The notes: generated by a model not told the origin, from the sequence alone. Positions 41,775 through 51,345 are shown, numbered from the stretch's first letter. The stretch: 64,000 bases of DNA from an uncultured cyanobacterium (GCA_963703315.1 OY969811.1:1312001-1376000); one strand, 5' to 3'. Numbers and translations: made by a program.

Positions 41775-42241
41775 ATATTAAATTGCAATCAAATAAAATC
41801 CAAATTTTTCTATCAAAGAGACACTTTTTATCGCTTCCAACACAAAACTTAGATCTCCTTGAGTAAAAGCAGGACATAAATACTCTATGCTGCACATTTG
41901 GATCTAGATCCAGCAAAAAAATCACAAAAAATATTTAACTAAATTTGATAACAAATGTTACAAAGTTTAATAGATATTATTACATTTTTAGGCTTATGAG
42001 AATTGGTTACATTGTGCAAGTTTCTGTAGATAAATTGTAAAGCTCAACAAACATATTGTTAATATATTTATTTTAATTGATCTATAGCAATTACGACACT
42101 TGTGAAACTCTATATATCTATAGGGTTACTCAAACAAGCAGACTTGTTTTGAGTAAAAATACTTGCAAATTGCTGATATATTGATTGTTGTAGAGTCTTA
42201 TATTTTCTTTAAGAACTTATTATTTTGTACTTGATATTCCC

Positions 42242-42269
42242 CAACACATCTATAATTAGAGATGTGTTG
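42242..42269. promoter_or_regulatory. Candidate operator: inverted repeat upstream of the globin operon
   Basis: CAACACATCT-N8-AGATGTGTTG with perfect 10-bp arms, ~180 bp upstream of the ATG at 42448. Confidence 0.35.
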
Positions 42270-42447
42270 AAATAAATAAATTTGCGCTATTTAAAAACAC
42301 AACTTAATTAGGTAATTGTTCAACTCACAAATCTACAGCCGTTAATTTAAAAAATACATTTTTAGATTAAGAGAAACTATCTTGGGGTGATAGAAAATCT
42401 GTAAAGAGTTATTTTGTTTTCCAGAAAAATCCACTTAAGGAGTATTT

Positions 42448-43005
42448 ATGGCTCTCGATCCTCAGGTCTTCATGACCACCATGGAAACACGGATATCTTT
42501 CACCGCCGCAGATAAAGCTTTGCTAAAAGCCAATGCAGCGTGGGGGAATTCGATCGCTAGGCAAATGGCAGAAGTGTTTTACGCCTACCTTGCGCGTGAT
42601 CCAGAAATGAACGCTATTTTAACTGCCAAAGAAGGAAGAATGCACCGTTTAAATGAAACTTTCGTCGAATGGTTTGGCGAAATGTTTACGGGTATGGATG
42701 ACTGGGGGAGCGCTTATGCCGCACGTCGTTGGCGTATTGGCTTAGTCCATGTCCAGATTGGTATTGGACCACAGCACGTCGTTCCAGCAATGGCAACTGT
42801 CGTCAATGAAGTGGGGAAACAACTCAAGTCAGCAGGACTGGCTGAAGATCTAAGAGATGCTTTAGGACGCATTTGTATGATTGATCTTGCATTTATTGAG
42901 CAAGCCTATGTCGAGGTCTCTTCTCAAGCGGTTTTACGCGAGACGGGATGGACTGAGGCACTATTCAAACGCATGATTTCTACAGGTGCGGCAAGCATGA
43001 AATAG
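42448..43005 (+). CDS. Stand-alone sensor globin (protoglobin/HemAT-type)
   Basis: FY (B10-like Tyr) in AEVFYAYL; RIGLVHVQIGI with the proximal His; AGGAG RBS. Confidence 0.85.
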   Translation: MALDPQVFMTTMETRISFTAADKALLKANAAWGNSIARQMAEVFYAYLARDPEMNAILTAKEGRMHRLNETFVEWFGEMFTGMDDWGSAYAARRWRIGLVHVQIGIGPQHVVPAMATVVNEVGKQLKSAGLAEDLRDALGRICMIDLAFIEQAYVEVSSQAVLRETGWTEALFKRMISTGAASMK

Positions 43006-43041
43006 AAAAAGATTAATTCTTGAAAATTTTGGAGGCTATAT

Positions 43042-43500
43042 ATGCGTGCAGAACTTGGCGAATTTAGCAGTATTGTTTGTTTCAAAGCCATAGTTACTGG
43101 GGCTGAAGAGGCACTGGGTGAAAAGGCGGCAATGATCACGCTGATCGCCGCAGGTCGCGCTCGTGGTAAACAACTTGCAGAACAGCTTGGATTAAAAGGT
43201 GTGGGTACTGACCATGAACACCTAGTTCCCCTGCTCCAAAAGGCATTGGGTAAAGATGGAACGAGACTTTGCATTGTAGACAAAATTGAACAAGACGGTG
43301 CATTAGTGAGAGTTTACTGTCGAGAAACAATTTGTTCGGCTGGTGAACCTGAAGGTTCTCCTCGCAAACTGACCTTCACCCTAGGCGCAATCCAAGGAGT
43401 GATCGAACAAGTTACAGGGGAACGTTTACGGGGTAAGCAAACGGAGTCCGTTTTGCGTGGTGGTTCCCATGATGTCATTGAGTTTGAAGTTATTGGATAA
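43042..43500 (+). CDS. V4R (4-vinyl reductase-like) small-ligand-binding protein
   Basis: G...G+RG motif; ETICSAGE; FTLGAIQGVIE...G...ESVLRG pattern; GGAGG RBS. Confidence 0.7.
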   Translation: MRAELGEFSSIVCFKAIVTGAEEALGEKAAMITLIAAGRARGKQLAEQLGLKGVGTDHEHLVPLLQKALGKDGTRLCIVDKIEQDGALVRVYCRETICSAGEPEGSPRKLTFTLGAIQGVIEQVTGERLRGKQTESVLRGGSHDVIEFEVIG

Positions 43501-43571
43501 TTAATTTCCTCTTCCTCAAACTCCACCGTATTTACAGACAATTTACAATAATTCAAAACAAGGAAAAAGAA

Positions 43572-43943
43572 ATGAGCATTAACGTTGCGAAGTTGGAAAG
43601 TATTTTACAAAATTTGGTCACTAGTACTAGTGATGTACAGGGCGCAGCACTTGTGTCTCCCGATGGGCTACCTCTAGCCTCAACTTTGCCAAGTGGCATG
43701 GATGAAGAACGTGTATCAGCAATGTCGGCAGCAATGCTCTCATTAGGTGAACGCATTGGTAATGAGCTAGCTAGAGGTGGCATCGATCGCCTGTATGTAG
43801 AAGGTGATAAGGGCTATGGCATCCTGACTAGTTGCGGGGAAGAGGCTGTTTTACTAGTTTTGGCAAGCAAGGCAGCAAAACAAGGTTTATTGATGTTAGA
43901 AATTAAGCGTGTCACAAGCGAACTTAAAGCAGCACTTGCCTAA
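43572..43943 (+). CDS. Roadblock/LC7 protein (MglB-like)
   Basis: VQGAALVSPDGLPLAS; VSAMSAAMLSLGERI. Confidence 0.9.
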   Translation: MSINVAKLESILQNLVTSTSDVQGAALVSPDGLPLASTLPSGMDEERVSAMSAAMLSLGERIGNELARGGIDRLYVEGDKGYGILTSCGEEAVLLVLASKAAKQGLLMLEIKRVTSELKAALA

Positions 43944-44055
43944 GTTGTTTGAGTATTCATCCCCAGTCACGGTTTTAAGTTTGCTTACGGCAAAATCAAA
44001 ACCGTGACAACAGTTCAGATTTTAGGGTGACAAAGGGAAGGGACAAAAGAGATTT

Positions 44056-44598
44056 ATGGAAATCATGAGGTTGGTTGTGGCTGGTACTGTTGGTGCGGGG
44101 AAATCAACTTTCATTCGGACTGTGAGCGAAATTGATGTTGTCGATACCGATCGCCGTGCTACAGACGAAACAGCAGAAATAAAACACAAAACTACGGTAG
44201 CAATGGACTTTGGTAGATTAACCTTTGGTCCAGATATGGCTTTACACATTTATGGAACCCCCGGACAGCAGCGTTTTGACTTTATGTGGGATATTTTGAT
44301 CCGTAAAGCCCATGCATTTATTTTATTAGTAGCGGCACATCGTCCCCATGAGTTTCGTTATGCCCGTCGCATTCTCAGTTATATGAATCGGCGCGTCCAA
44401 ATTCCTTACATCATTGGGATTACGCACATGGATTGCGAAGGTGCTTGGTCAAGTGAGAATATTAAACTAGCACTAGGATTTGTCGAACAAAAGGATCAAC
44501 CACCCGTAGTGGTTTTAAATGCAGAAGAACGAGATACTGTCATTCAGGCGATTGTGGCTCTAGTGCAGTACTATATTGCAAATCAATCCGTTGCGTGA
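44056..44598 (+). CDS. Small Ras-like GTPase, MglA/conservon CvnD type
   Basis: G1 GTVGAGKST; TTVAMDFG; G3 GTPGQQRF; variant G4 THMD. Confidence 0.88.
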   Translation: MEIMRLVVAGTVGAGKSTFIRTVSEIDVVDTDRRATDETAEIKHKTTVAMDFGRLTFGPDMALHIYGTPGQQRFDFMWDILIRKAHAFILLVAAHRPHEFRYARRILSYMNRRVQIPYIIGITHMDCEGAWSSENIKLALGFVEQKDQPPVVVLNAEERDTVIQAIVALVQYYIANQSVA

Positions 44599-44695
44599 TT
44601 GTGAGCATCGATCATTATTGTTTTTAATTGATCTTGTTAGGAATTACAGCTATTCTCAGCTATAGATTTGGGCATTAACTCTCTGGTTTACAGTT

Positions 44696-45565
44696 ATGGC
44701 AATTACAGGCTCTTTATCCGAGTTCTCTCTCCCAGAGATATTCCAGTTTTTAGATCAGGGACAAAAAACTGGAATATTAACGATTAGAGATCCTCAAGAC
44801 TTGCGGACAGGCAAGCCATTTTTACGTCATATCTGGTTGCATAGTGGACGGGTAGTAGCTGCGGGCGATCGCCTCGACAATCGGGGTTTAACGAGATTGA
44901 TCGAACAAAGGGGCTGGATTACAGAAGCAAATCGTTCTCAAGTAGAGCAGTTAATTCAAGAAAATATCCCTTTGGGGCTAAATCTCAAAGCATTGGGAAT
45001 ATTACAACCCGATCAACTGAAATTATTATTTAGCGTACAGGTGCTAAGACAGGTCTGTTCTCTGTTTCAAGTTGAGACAGGACAATTTCGCTTTGATGCC
45101 AAAAGTGATTTACCCAAAGCGGAAATGACAGGGTTGAGTTTGCCTGCAACAGAAACAACGTTAATGGGGTTACGCAGTCTCAAGGATTGGACAGTTTTAC
45201 AAAGTAAGTTGCCTGACACCAGTTCGACATTATTTAGGCTTGGTAGTGATGAGCCACATTTACGTTTAGATGCCAGTGAGACGCAAGTACGTGGACTTGC
45301 TGATGGTTCCCTAAACCTTAAAAAAATAGCGGAGAAATTACAAGTTCCTTTACCTAAACTTCAGCAAATTGCATTTCGCTTGATTGTCGTTGGGCTAGTA
45401 GAAGAAGTACCTGATATTGATGTGGGTATGGCAATAAATAATGATAATAACTCCCAAGAAATTGAGGGGGATACTAGTGGGGCAGTGATGAGTTCTTCGG
45501 CGAGAACTGAGATTAGTAATTCATTTTTACAAAGCCTCGTAGGTTTTTTACAACACAAAGTGTAG
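44696..45565 (+). CDS. DUF4388/PATAN-domain protein with no receiver domain
   Basis: GSLSEFSLPEIFQFL...KTGIL; GQFRF; C-terminal wHTH-like ADGSLNLKKIA. Confidence 0.8.
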   Translation: MAITGSLSEFSLPEIFQFLDQGQKTGILTIRDPQDLRTGKPFLRHIWLHSGRVVAAGDRLDNRGLTRLIEQRGWITEANRSQVEQLIQENIPLGLNLKALGILQPDQLKLLFSVQVLRQVCSLFQVETGQFRFDAKSDLPKAEMTGLSLPATETTLMGLRSLKDWTVLQSKLPDTSSTLFRLGSDEPHLRLDASETQVRGLADGSLNLKKIAEKLQVPLPKLQQIAFRLIVVGLVEEVPDIDVGMAINNDNNSQEIEGDTSGAVMSSSARTEISNSFLQSLVGFLQHKV

Positions 45566-45769
45566 TTATAGAGTGGCGGCGCGAAGCGCTGCCACTCTAT
45601 TTTCAGCATAATACCAAAACTAAAAATGGCATAGCCATTTTTAGTTTTGAAAACCCTTACGGAGTTTGGGTTTTAATTCACGAAAGTGTGACAACACTTT
45701 CGTGAATTGGGATAACGGGAATGACGACAGGTATATTTTTGTAGTAGGTTTACATTTGTAAAACAGTTT

Positions 45770-46477
45770 TTGGGTACGACATTGTCACTTCAAGGCAAAA
45801 GTATTGCGATAACAGGTGCTTCAGGCACGATGGGTAGAGCGTTAGTAGCTGAGCTTAGCAACCGAGGGGCGCAGATCATTGCTCTAACGACCTCGCCTAA
45901 TGCAACCTTTGATATTAACAACCAAAAAGTGGAAGTCCTAACATGGCAAATCGGTCATGAAGCAGACCTACGCGATCGCTTACACAAAGTTGATATTCTC
46001 ATTCTCAATCATGGCATTAATGTATTAGGCGCAAGGGATTCGGCATCTATTTATCAATCCTATGAAGTGAATACTTTTTCGGTTTTCCGTTGGATTGATT
46101 TATTTCTGGAAATAGTCGCGCAATCTCAAGATAAAGCCAAGAAAGAAATTTGGGTAAATACTTCCGAAGCCGAAGTTAATGCGGCGCTGAGTCCATTGTA
46201 TGAGCTATCCAAACGGGCGATCGGGGATTTGGTGACATTGCGCCGCCTTGATGGTGCTTGCACAATTCGCAAATTGATTTTGGGACCTTTTAAAAGCGAT
46301 CTCAATCCCTATGGTGTGATGTCTGGAAAGTTTGTGGCTTGGGCGATCGCTACTTTAGCCCAATTGGGTTTTCGCGATATTATTGTTACCATTAATCCAA
46401 TTACCTTCATTGCCTATCCTGTTAAAGAATTTTGGCGATCGCTTTATTTTCGCGTATTTTCTCGCCCTCAACCATAG
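45770..46477 (+). CDS. Short-chain dehydrogenase (C-terminal half of the cyanobacterial desaturase/SDR type; possibly 5'-truncated)
   Basis: TGASGTMG; ILNHGIN; WVNTSEAEV; YELSK; only a TTG start. Confidence 0.7.
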   Translation: MGTTLSLQGKSIAITGASGTMGRALVAELSNRGAQIIALTTSPNATFDINNQKVEVLTWQIGHEADLRDRLHKVDILILNHGINVLGARDSASIYQSYEVNTFSVFRWIDLFLEIVAQSQDKAKKEIWVNTSEAEVNAALSPLYELSKRAIGDLVTLRRLDGACTIRKLILGPFKSDLNPYGVMSGKFVAWAIATLAQLGFRDIIVTINPITFIAYPVKEFWRSLYFRVFSRPQP

Positions 46478-46484
46478 AACCGAT

Positions 46485-47360
46485 ATGAATCCCGCATTAC
46501 AAACAGAAATTTATCAGTTTATTCGTGAGATTGGTCAAAAGGCGATTCATCTGAGAAAGGCAGGTTTTCAAGTTGATGAAAAAGGCTTTGATGATTATGT
46601 AACCAATGTTGATCGCGAACTTGATCTTTTACTGAGTCAACAGTTTCAAGCGTGGTTTCCCAATGATGTGGTGATTAGTGAGGAAAATCCGCGATCGCAG
46701 GAATTATGGAAGCAATATTCAGAACTTAAGCAAAAGTACTGGTTTATCGATCCGATTGATGGTACTGATGACTTCATTCATGGTCGTGAGTTCTATTCCG
46801 TGATGGTGGGCATCTTAGAAGCATTTCAACCTGTATGTGGTTGGATCTATGCACCAAAGAGCGATCGCCTTTATTTTGGCGGTACTGCCATTAATGGTCT
46901 ATTCACGGTTACTAATGGCAATGTCCCTGAAGTTCTACATCCTGTACCACCAATTGGGACTAGCCGCGATCGCGTGATTGTCAGTAAAAAAGATGACATC
47001 GCTTATGGGGATGCTATTCGCGCCGCCGTTCCCAATGTCGAGTTTTATAGTCTTGGTAGTTTTGGCTTAAAGGTAATGGAAGTAGTTCAAGGTCGAGCTA
47101 GTGCCTATATCTATCTCAATCGCCGCGTTAAGCTCTGGGATACCGTTGGTCCTTTAGCGATCGCTAAAGCGGCAGGGTTAGTATGTTGTGATCTCACAGG
47201 TCGAGAAATTGGCTTTGGTTTTGATGATATTGATCCTGAGAAGTTAACTCATAATCAAGTAGTCGTGATTGGTTGGTCAGAGTTTATTGATGGATATCTG
47301 GAGGCGATCGCCCAAGAACTTACCGCAGTTTCCGATCAAAAGAACCAAGAAAAATTTTAA
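46485..47360 (+). CDS. Inositol monophosphatase/CysQ family phosphatase
   Basis: VT.VD; SEE; WFIDPIDGT; WD; likely start ATG 46485. Confidence 0.88.
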   Translation: MNPALQTEIYQFIREIGQKAIHLRKAGFQVDEKGFDDYVTNVDRELDLLLSQQFQAWFPNDVVISEENPRSQELWKQYSELKQKYWFIDPIDGTDDFIHGREFYSVMVGILEAFQPVCGWIYAPKSDRLYFGGTAINGLFTVTNGNVPEVLHPVPPIGTSRDRVIVSKKDDIAYGDAIRAAVPNVEFYSLGSFGLKVMEVVQGRASAYIYLNRRVKLWDTVGPLAIAKAAGLVCCDLTGREIGFGFDDIDPEKLTHNQVVVIGWSEFIDGYLEAIAQELTAVSDQKNQEKF

Positions 47361-47740
47361 AAGCGTTGCGAAGCAACGCTTTTAAAATTTTTCTTGGTTT
47401 GGGTTTGAGCGCAAAGCGCTGTAGCAATTTCGAGATATAGCCATAAATAGCCATAAAGAGAATAACGGCGCTTTGCGCCGTTATTCTCTTTATAAAGATG
47501 AGATCGGCTATTTAGCTGATGCAAAAATCATGCTTCTTTGAGAAGCTACAAATAGCAACATAGATGTTTCGTTAAGCCCATTTGTAGCGAGATTTGAACT
47601 TACAAGTTTAAGTCTCGCTATTTTTGTTGATATTTCTATCAATGTATCTATTCAATGCAATAGATGTTTATTTGTGGTTATTTATTGCAAGTAAGTATAA
47701 TAGCATAAACTAAAAGACCTAGTCAGAAATTTTTGCTTTT

Positions 47741-48331
47741 ATGGATGTAACCCTTATTCGTCAACTTGTATGGCTAGACTATCGATTAGCTCTGCTATTT
47801 CTAGTATTTATCCCTTTTGTACTTTTAGTTTGGGCTTTTCGGACTAAGAGTGAAGCAATTAAGCGATCGCTGATTCTCTATTGGCGCGTAGCCAGTCTGA
47901 TGTTGATTACTATTTATTTGGCGATCGGTAGCTTAGGCATATCTTTTATATCGGGCATTATTGCCGAGATTTTAATTGTGTTAGCACTTTGGTTCTGGCA
48001 AGACTTAAACGAAGATATTGAGGCTTCTCGTACCAGCCTACAGCCTATTTACTTGGGATGGCGTTGGGCGGTGAGTGTGTATTCTGTTTTGAGTATTGGC
48101 TTCCGATTGTTATTTGCTAATGGCGCATTTATTAAGACTGAACAGCTTAGCGATATTTATAAAATTTGGTTTGAGCCACCTTTAAGTTTTAGTCATATAT
48201 TTCATAATGGTGTACCTGTTGAGAACTTAGCCTTTGCAGGTGCGGTCGGGGGAATTGTTTATACTTTGTACCTTTTTTCCTTTCTTGCCTTTAGTTTACC
48301 TAAAACTGGCAGAATCGCCTTTCGCGACTAA
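47741..48331 (+). CDS. DUF3177-like cyanobacterial membrane protein
   Basis: LVWLDYRLA; YWRVASL; LWFWQDLNEDI. Confidence 0.7.
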   Translation: MDVTLIRQLVWLDYRLALLFLVFIPFVLLVWAFRTKSEAIKRSLILYWRVASLMLITIYLAIGSLGISFISGIIAEILIVLALWFWQDLNEDIEASRTSLQPIYLGWRWAVSVYSVLSIGFRLLFANGAFIKTEQLSDIYKIWFEPPLSFSHIFHNGVPVENLAFAGAVGGIVYTLYLFSFLAFSLPKTGRIAFRD

Positions 48332-48385
48332 TTTTATAGCCTTGCAAAACCCAAAAAGCCTCGCAAAGCGAGGCTTTTTGGGTTT

Positions 48386-49327
48386 TTAATCAGAAGTGCG
48401 ATAGTGATTGGAATAACGCACTCTAGCTCCTGTCCATAACAGCTTTTGTCGCAATGCTTGATAGTAAGAATATTCTTCTCGTAAAACTATGAATTGTGCT
48501 TGATGCTCTGACATACGGATATCCACTCTCTGCCCCGGAAAAATTGAGGTGGCAATCACACCATCTGTCCATAACTTTAAACTGAAGTCATCAGTAGCAA
48601 GCGGCCAAATGCTCACCGTTAACTTGGGTGGAATCACGATCGCCCGACTCGATAAGCTCAAAGGACAAATTGGGGTAATGGCGATCGCGTGCATTCCCGA
48701 ATGCACAATTGGTCCATTCGCTGCCACCGTATAGGATGTAGAGCCAGTGGGTGTCGCGACAATCAACCCATCACCATGATATTGATCGACCACTTCGCCA
48801 TCAATTTCTAACTCTAAGGATGCGGTCACCATGCGATCGGGGGATGCAGGTTTGACACACATTTCATTGAGACATAAAAAGGGACCCGATGGTTGTCCTA
48901 AGCGACTACCTAGCCCCTCATCAACATTGATCACTTTTGACTCCAACATCATCCGTCGCTCGATCGCAAAGCGATCGGATAACAAGCGCTCCCAAATTTC
49001 GACAGTATTGCCACATTCCTCGATCGAATGAGTCAAGAATCCTAAATGTCCACCCACATTAATCGCTAAAATCGGGACTCCCAGCTTTGCTAAATATCTA
49101 GCTGCCCCCAAGGTTGCCCCATCACCACCTAGTACTACCGCTAAATCAATTTCTTGATGCATAGATTCTAGAAAAACAGGATATGGGTTATCATTTGCGC
49201 CCGTTGGTCCAATTAATACCTTGACTCCCATTGCTTCTAGTTCACAGCTACATCGCTCTGCCCAGACCTTACCAATTTGACTACCCGACTTATAGGCAAT
49301 TATTGCTTTACTAATCTTCACGGACAC
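48386..49327 (-). CDS. nadK: NAD(+) kinase
   Basis: LGGDG; GHLGFLT; LNE; DGLIVATPTGSTSY. Confidence 0.92.
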   Translation of the reverse strand: MSVKISKAIIAYKSGSQIGKVWAERCSCELEAMGVKVLIGPTGANDNPYPVFLESMHQEIDLAVVLGGDGATLGAARYLAKLGVPILAINVGGHLGFLTHSIEECGNTVEIWERLLSDRFAIERRMMLESKVINVDEGLGSRLGQPSGPFLCLNEMCVKPASPDRMVTASLELEIDGEVVDQYHGDGLIVATPTGSTSYTVAANGPIVHSGMHAIAITPICPLSLSSRAIVIPPKLTVSIWPLATDDFSLKLWTDGVIATSIFPGQRVDIRMSEHQAQFIVLREEYSYYQALRQKLLWTGARVRYSNHYRTSD

Positions 49328-49621
49328 CTCTCAAACTGGAGTTGTTAGTTAGCGAGATAGGTAGTTTAAAGCTCTACCTATGGGGATATGTTATGAGAGA
49401 ACGTCGCAAAGCAGCGCAATGCGCTCTTAAGATTAAACCGAAAGCGAGTGGCGGCACTTTGCGCCGCCACTCGCTTTCGGTTTTGAAGATGTCGGAATTT
49501 GTCTGCCTAGAGTCAGAATTGTCATGAAGTTTTCTCAATTAATGAAAATTAATGATACAAAAAACAAATTTTTGAGATAAGATTTGACACTAGGTAAAAT
49601 TCTCGGTGTGAAGGGTAAGTC

Positions 49622-50707
49622 ATGAGTCAGGCAGGATTTGGCGATTCATCATCACAAAAGAGCACTAATCCATCGATCCCAGAACCGCAATCTCAGTTTC
49701 AGAGTGTATCTGCAAACGTAGTTGGAGAGATGACGACTCCACTTAATGCTTTGCCCAGACAAGTCTTAGAGCAAGAGCTACAGTTTTGCAATGAGCGTAG
49801 TCAGCAAGCTCAGGTTTTATTGCAGCAAGCTCAGGAGCAATTGCAACTATCGCAGCTAGTCATCCAACGTCAGGAAACTTTGACTCAAACCCTGCAATCG
49901 CGGATTGATCAACTAGAGCGTGAGTTGCAAGATGTCCATGCTAATAGTGATGAGTTGCGCGATCGCCTCAAGCGTCAACAGCATCACACCTCACAGCTAA
50001 AGGCTGCCCTCGAACGTTGTCTTGATACCTCCACCCCTGCCCCACAGGATATGGCGCTGTCAGCATTAGAGTCTTGGTCGATCGCCAAACTTGCCGATGA
50101 AAAGATTACACCAGTCGAGGCAAATACAGACTCAATATTACAGAATGTTGTCAAAATCGTTCCTGCACCTCAGCCTATTGATTCTATAGATAATTCTGAA
50201 CCAGAGCCTTTGGTGATTGAGTCACATCAGCCTAAACCCATTGTGGAGATTGAGGAACCACCACATCTGTCGATGCCTACTAAAAATCAACCAATCTCAC
50301 CTCTGATTGTTAGACCTCACAAAGCATTTCAAGGTTCACCGATCGCCCCTAATTTACCGACCTTACAAAGTGTGAACTCCTTTGCCGAAGATAAAGTTAA
50401 TTGGCGAGCTGAAGTCCAGACTAAGCCTATAGCGATCGCCGAGAGTGCAGAAAATCTTGCAGCTTCTAGCAATGTCAAAGATCCGTTACTGTCTTCAGCT
50501 TCAGCCGTGACTAACTCAACCATGGTTGCTACTGTTGCTACGCCTAAGTTTATGCAAGCTTTGTATGGTAGTAACAATGGCAATAATAGCGATACAGACA
50601 AAGAAACAGACCAAGCTAATCAGTTAGCGATCGCTAGTTCTCGCAAAGCGGTTACCTCTCTGGCTGCTGTCCAACTTCCGCAGTTTCCACCGTTACCGCG
50701 CCGATGA
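49622..50707 (+). CDS. Hypothetical coiled-coil / low-complexity protein
   Basis: Gln/Leu heptads, QLKAALERCL, LPQFP C terminus; ATGA overlap with ruvA. Confidence 0.7.
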   Translation: MSQAGFGDSSSQKSTNPSIPEPQSQFQSVSANVVGEMTTPLNALPRQVLEQELQFCNERSQQAQVLLQQAQEQLQLSQLVIQRQETLTQTLQSRIDQLERELQDVHANSDELRDRLKRQQHHTSQLKAALERCLDTSTPAPQDMALSALESWSIAKLADEKITPVEANTDSILQNVVKIVPAPQPIDSIDNSEPEPLVIESHQPKPIVEIEEPPHLSMPTKNQPISPLIVRPHKAFQGSPIAPNLPTLQSVNSFAEDKVNWRAEVQTKPIAIAESAENLAASSNVKDPLLSSASAVTNSTMVATVATPKFMQALYGSNNGNNSDTDKETDQANQLAIASSRKAVTSLAAVQLPQFPPLPRR

Positions 50708-51345
50708 TTGGTTATCTCCGTGGTGCGATCGCCGATTGCAAAGCCGCCGACAGTTCTCGAAAAAATACACCTACCTACTGGCTCACCCTTGATGTACAGG
50801 GTGTTGGCTATGATATTCAAGTTACAGCTAGCACTGCTAGTAAATTACCGCCCATCGGTGAAGAAACGCAAATATTTACGCATTTGATCACTCGTGAAGA
50901 GCAGATGGTTTTGTTTGGATTTGCCACGCTTGCCGAGCGCGAATTGTTTCGCCAATTAATCAGCGTTTCAGGGATTGGTACACAGGTGGGCTTGGCACTG
51001 CTCAATAGCTTAGGTATTCAAGATTTAGTCAAAGCGATCGTGGCAGGAAACACGCGAGTATTAAGCCTTACTCCAGGGGTCGGTACGAAAACGGCGGAAA
51101 GGCTAGCTTTAGAATTAAAAACTAAATTAGCCGATTGGCGCTTAGCTCAGGTTGGCTCAAGCTCGTCTGGTAGCGTGGTGAGTGCGGGAGTACAAGAAGA
51201 GTTAGAAATGACTTTGTTAGCCCTAGGCTATACGCCTGCTGAAATTAGCAATGCCCTCAATGCGATCGCCAGTTTACCGATTCTGGCTAAGACTCAAGAT
51301 GTGGAACTGTGGATTAAAGAGGCGATCGCATGGCTTTCTCGGTAA
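50704..51345 (+). CDS. ruvA: Holliday junction branch migration protein RuvA
   Basis: MIGYLRG; GVGY; LISVSGIG; PGVGTKTAERLALELK. Confidence 0.95.
   Translation: MIGYLRGAIADCKAADSSRKNTPTYWLTLDVQGVGYDIQVTASTASKLPPIGEETQIFTHLITREEQMVLFGFATLAERELFRQLISVSGIGTQVGLALLNSLGIQDLVKAIVAGNTRVLSLTPGVGTKTAERLALELKTKLADWRLAQVGSSSSGSVVSAGVQEELEMTLLALGYTPAEISNALNAIASLPILAKTQDVELWIKEAIAWLSR

Noticed and set aside
42077..42090. FNR-like box TTGAT-CTAT-AGCAA upstream of the globin operon
   Set aside because: It has one mismatch in very AT-rich DNA, so a chance match is likely; no cognate regulator is in view
42924..44249. Minus-strand ORFs across the globin operon
   Set aside because: They are antisense shadows of well-supported plus-strand genes
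49342..49527. 61-aa ORF between nadK and the coiled-coil gene
   Set aside because: It runs through an intergenic palindrome in a divergent promoter region and is probably spurious
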